Positions 61,198 through 64,000 of a stretch of DNA of 64,000 bases are shown here, piece after piece (positions within the stretch are counted from its first letter, which is position 1; every line of letters begins with the position of its first letter). The DNA is taken from contig NC_047024.1 in assembly GCF_902652985.1 (NCBI RefSeq), positions 17,856,001 through 17,920,000 on the forward strand, given 5' to 3'. A model generated the notes under the pieces. It saw only the letters and a list, made by a program, of their open reading frames with translations, was not told where the DNA came from and searched no databases. The DNA is from Pecten maximus. Lineage: Eukaryota. The position numbers were made by a program, and so were the translations under genes.

Positions 61198-62310
61198 GAA
61201 TTGCCAGTTGTAAAAAAATTCAGAACAGAATCAATACTTGTTAAAAGGTGGCCCGACTTTCTACACGGGTAATGACATGGCGATGGGACAACCTAGTTAG
61301 TGATGAATGGATAGTACAACAAAATGATAAAAATAATGGCGGCTGAAATAGCGAGGCTCGACTGTGATGTTCTCATCCATGTTAATAATTTAATTCTGAT
61401 GATTTTTTGTGTGATATATACCGGTACAGGTGTTTGTGATACATCTATTTTGGATACAGCTGCTCACAGATATACATGTATACATTATTTTGTTTACAAT
61501 TATTATTTACCGGACAAACATTCCCTTCCATGGAAAAAGTCCTCCCAGCATCAATAAAACTTCAATAAAGTAATTGATATTTCAATTTCTCTTTGTCATT
61601 TTCATGAATGGACGTAACACTTCAGACATACTAGATCAGCTTAGGTAAGGCAACAGTTACACGTCACGTGGGCGGAATGGCTATACATGTGTTACTCTTG
61701 TGTGACAAGGGTTACACGCACTCTATGACGTCAGGAGGTCCTGAATAATAGTTGGTGTTAACGTTGTAGGAATTGATGAAGTTTGAACCTTGAGTTATAC
61801 ATTAATCCGACAGCTTTTGTTACAGCTACATGTATATGCAGATTAGATAGGATCTCCTAAACGTTTGCTATTAGTTAATATCCGGCGATAGAAAAATTGG
61901 AACTATTCGGACAATATAGTCTGGACAGAATCTTTTATAGATGAGCATATGTCGTCATATAAACTCGTCATATTTAGTTAGGGTCCTGTCTAATACTGGT
62001 CAGGTCAGGTGAAATAAAAGCCGGATACTATAATTACATACACTAGCGTACCAGTCTAAAATTTGAATATAAAGAAGATTCTAAGGAGTAACAAGAGCCC
62101 TACAACCAATGTAGTGGTTTTATAAAGTCCCTCCACTGGGTCAGTAAGTTACATCGAGGCCATACAAATATTCCAAGAATTAATAATTAGGTCATTCTCT
62201 CGTTCCAATAAGTTACAATGTCATACACGTGTTACAATATTATACAATGACGTCATATTCCAATAAGTTAATCTCCAGTGACGTTAAAATCACAGTTACA
62301 CGATCTTGTG

Positions 62311-62400
62311 ATAGACAATATTTCAATGATGACCAAAAATTTGATTTGATATAGACAATATTTCAATGATGACCAAAAATTGATTTGATTTAGACACCAT
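62311..62400. repeat. Tandem duplication of about 40 bp
   Basis: ATAGACAATATTTCAATGATGACCAAAAATTTGATTTG occurs twice, plus a partial copy. Confidence 0.8.
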
Positions 62401-64000
62401 TTTAAATATGACCAATAATCGTATTAACAAAGACGTCAGCTTCGCCAGCAATGGGTGTTAAATTGTGAAAAGGAGAGTATCGTATTGAACACTCATGTCT
62501 GGCGAAGTTGCAAAGACGTAAGCAAGTGAGAAACGGACAGTGTTATACAGAGCGAGAAATTGGAGTTGTGTTAGTGGCTTAGCAGTAGTCACTGTAAAGG
62601 ACATGGGTCAATCGGAACACCTCGCCTGCGTCTGATATTTAATTAAAGATATGAATGATTTCTGCATCTTACCAAATGTCAGATAATGAGCAAAAATTCC
62701 AGTAGTGGACTTCGTACTCGATGCACATAAATAACTCCGGATCTGTTCTTTTTATTAATGTTTTAAAACTATTTTCAAATAACAGTTACGTAACAAATAT
62801 GCAAATGAGCCTTCACCTAGGTTTTCGGTTTTAGAAGTTCTTTATGAGAAATGCACTGAAGGGAGAATGGTGGGCTAGAACAGACATCAAAAAAATTAAA
62901 ATGTTACTATGCCAAAATTTTACTTGAATGAGCTATTTAAATATTTAAATCAAATATCACCTCCAATTTTCACCATTCGATCATACACTACATATACGTC
63001 CAACATTGCCCCCTCTCATCTCTCTTTAACAAATAGGCAGCTAAAAATCGGTGATGTGATTAAAATAAGTTAATCTTCTTCAGTTTTCATTGGAAAACAA
63101 TCTGTTTGAGGAATGCTAAAAACAATTTTTGTTTATGTTTTTGATATGATGTGGCACGTTGCGTCTTATTTGAAACAATTTGCAACAAGGTGTATTATTA
63201 TTGCCTTTATTTCCTCCAAAATGAAGAGCATGGCATAATAACAATGTTCAAAACACATATATGTATATGTTAAAGAAAATGCATGACAATATGATAAGGA
63301 TCAATGTACATAGAATATATATATATATACTTGGTAAACATAAATGGTATGATTATTAGTTTAAGTTTGAAAATGAGCAAAATTATAGATTATTTTGAAG
63401 AAACTAGTTTTGAATATGATGATCATCGTACAGGTCAAGCATACACTGTATATGATACATTGTATCCAGCCTGAACTGTTCTAGTATATCTGTTTCCAAT
63501 GGATAAGCCATAGGGCCTTACAGTAAAATGTGAACTAATATATTTTTACAATGAATGCAAATATGAAATAATTTCAATATCTGAAATAAATACGAGTGCA
63601 CACCACAATTTGTCACAAATAGATTCTGTTAGTGAACATTTTATCCAGAATAATGACATAGGGATTTTGAATTTAAGTTTCTAATGGAAACGATGATTTT
63701 GATAATATAACTTATATTGTCAAGACACTTTTGGTAATGCAGTGCTATTCCATAGATAATGTGGATTTAGTGAGTCGTGCAGTAATGAAAATCTTGAAAA
63801 ATCTTCATCCTCAGACAATCTCTGAGACGTTTTTTTTTTTTTTTTTTTTTACGTAATCATGTTAGCCTGCGTCAATGAGAATAATTCTGACTTTTTTCTC
63901 TTTGCTATTTCATTACTTATCTCTAAACAGTACTAGCACACACATACGTGGTATACAACGTTGTATAATACATATTTTAAATTGTATTACATACAGTACC

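Noticed and set aside
61655-61740. E-box/GC-box/CRE cluster as the promoter of a further gene
   Set aside because: No exon or ORF could be tied to it within the window, and such short motifs occur by chance.

Overview
AT-rich, intron-containing animal genomic DNA, probably a bivalve mollusc (inferred from the SINE, MITE and TRIM content). Four spliced genes can be read by hand. (1) A minus-strand vWA-domain gene whose 3' part runs off the left edge. (2) A minus-strand TBC1D9/9B orthologue (GRAM-GRAM-TBC-EF-hand; 30 coding exons, 13074-38735). (3) A plus-strand PAN/Apple plus C-type lectin gene whose lectin domain is interrupted by a complete WSC domain carried on a phase-1/phase-1 exon pair (42177-47666). 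(4) A plus-strand FAM221A orthologue (8 exons, 51340-59882). A 6.2-kb array of a 45-bp satellite, with a 3009-bp higher-order duplication, lies between genes 1 and 2. Introns hold tRNA-derived SINEs, several MITE classes and a TRIM-like mini LTR element with tRNA-derived LTRs. The most unusual signals are the WSC-inside-lectin architecture, repeated tandem amplification of exon/intron junctions in TBC1D9 (including about 22 consecutive consensus 5' splice sites), the tRNA-LTR TRIM, and a 1-nt frame mismatch between TBC1D9 exons 10 and 11. Exon boundaries were derived manually from GT/AG signals, phase continuity and recalled homology; no database searches were run.
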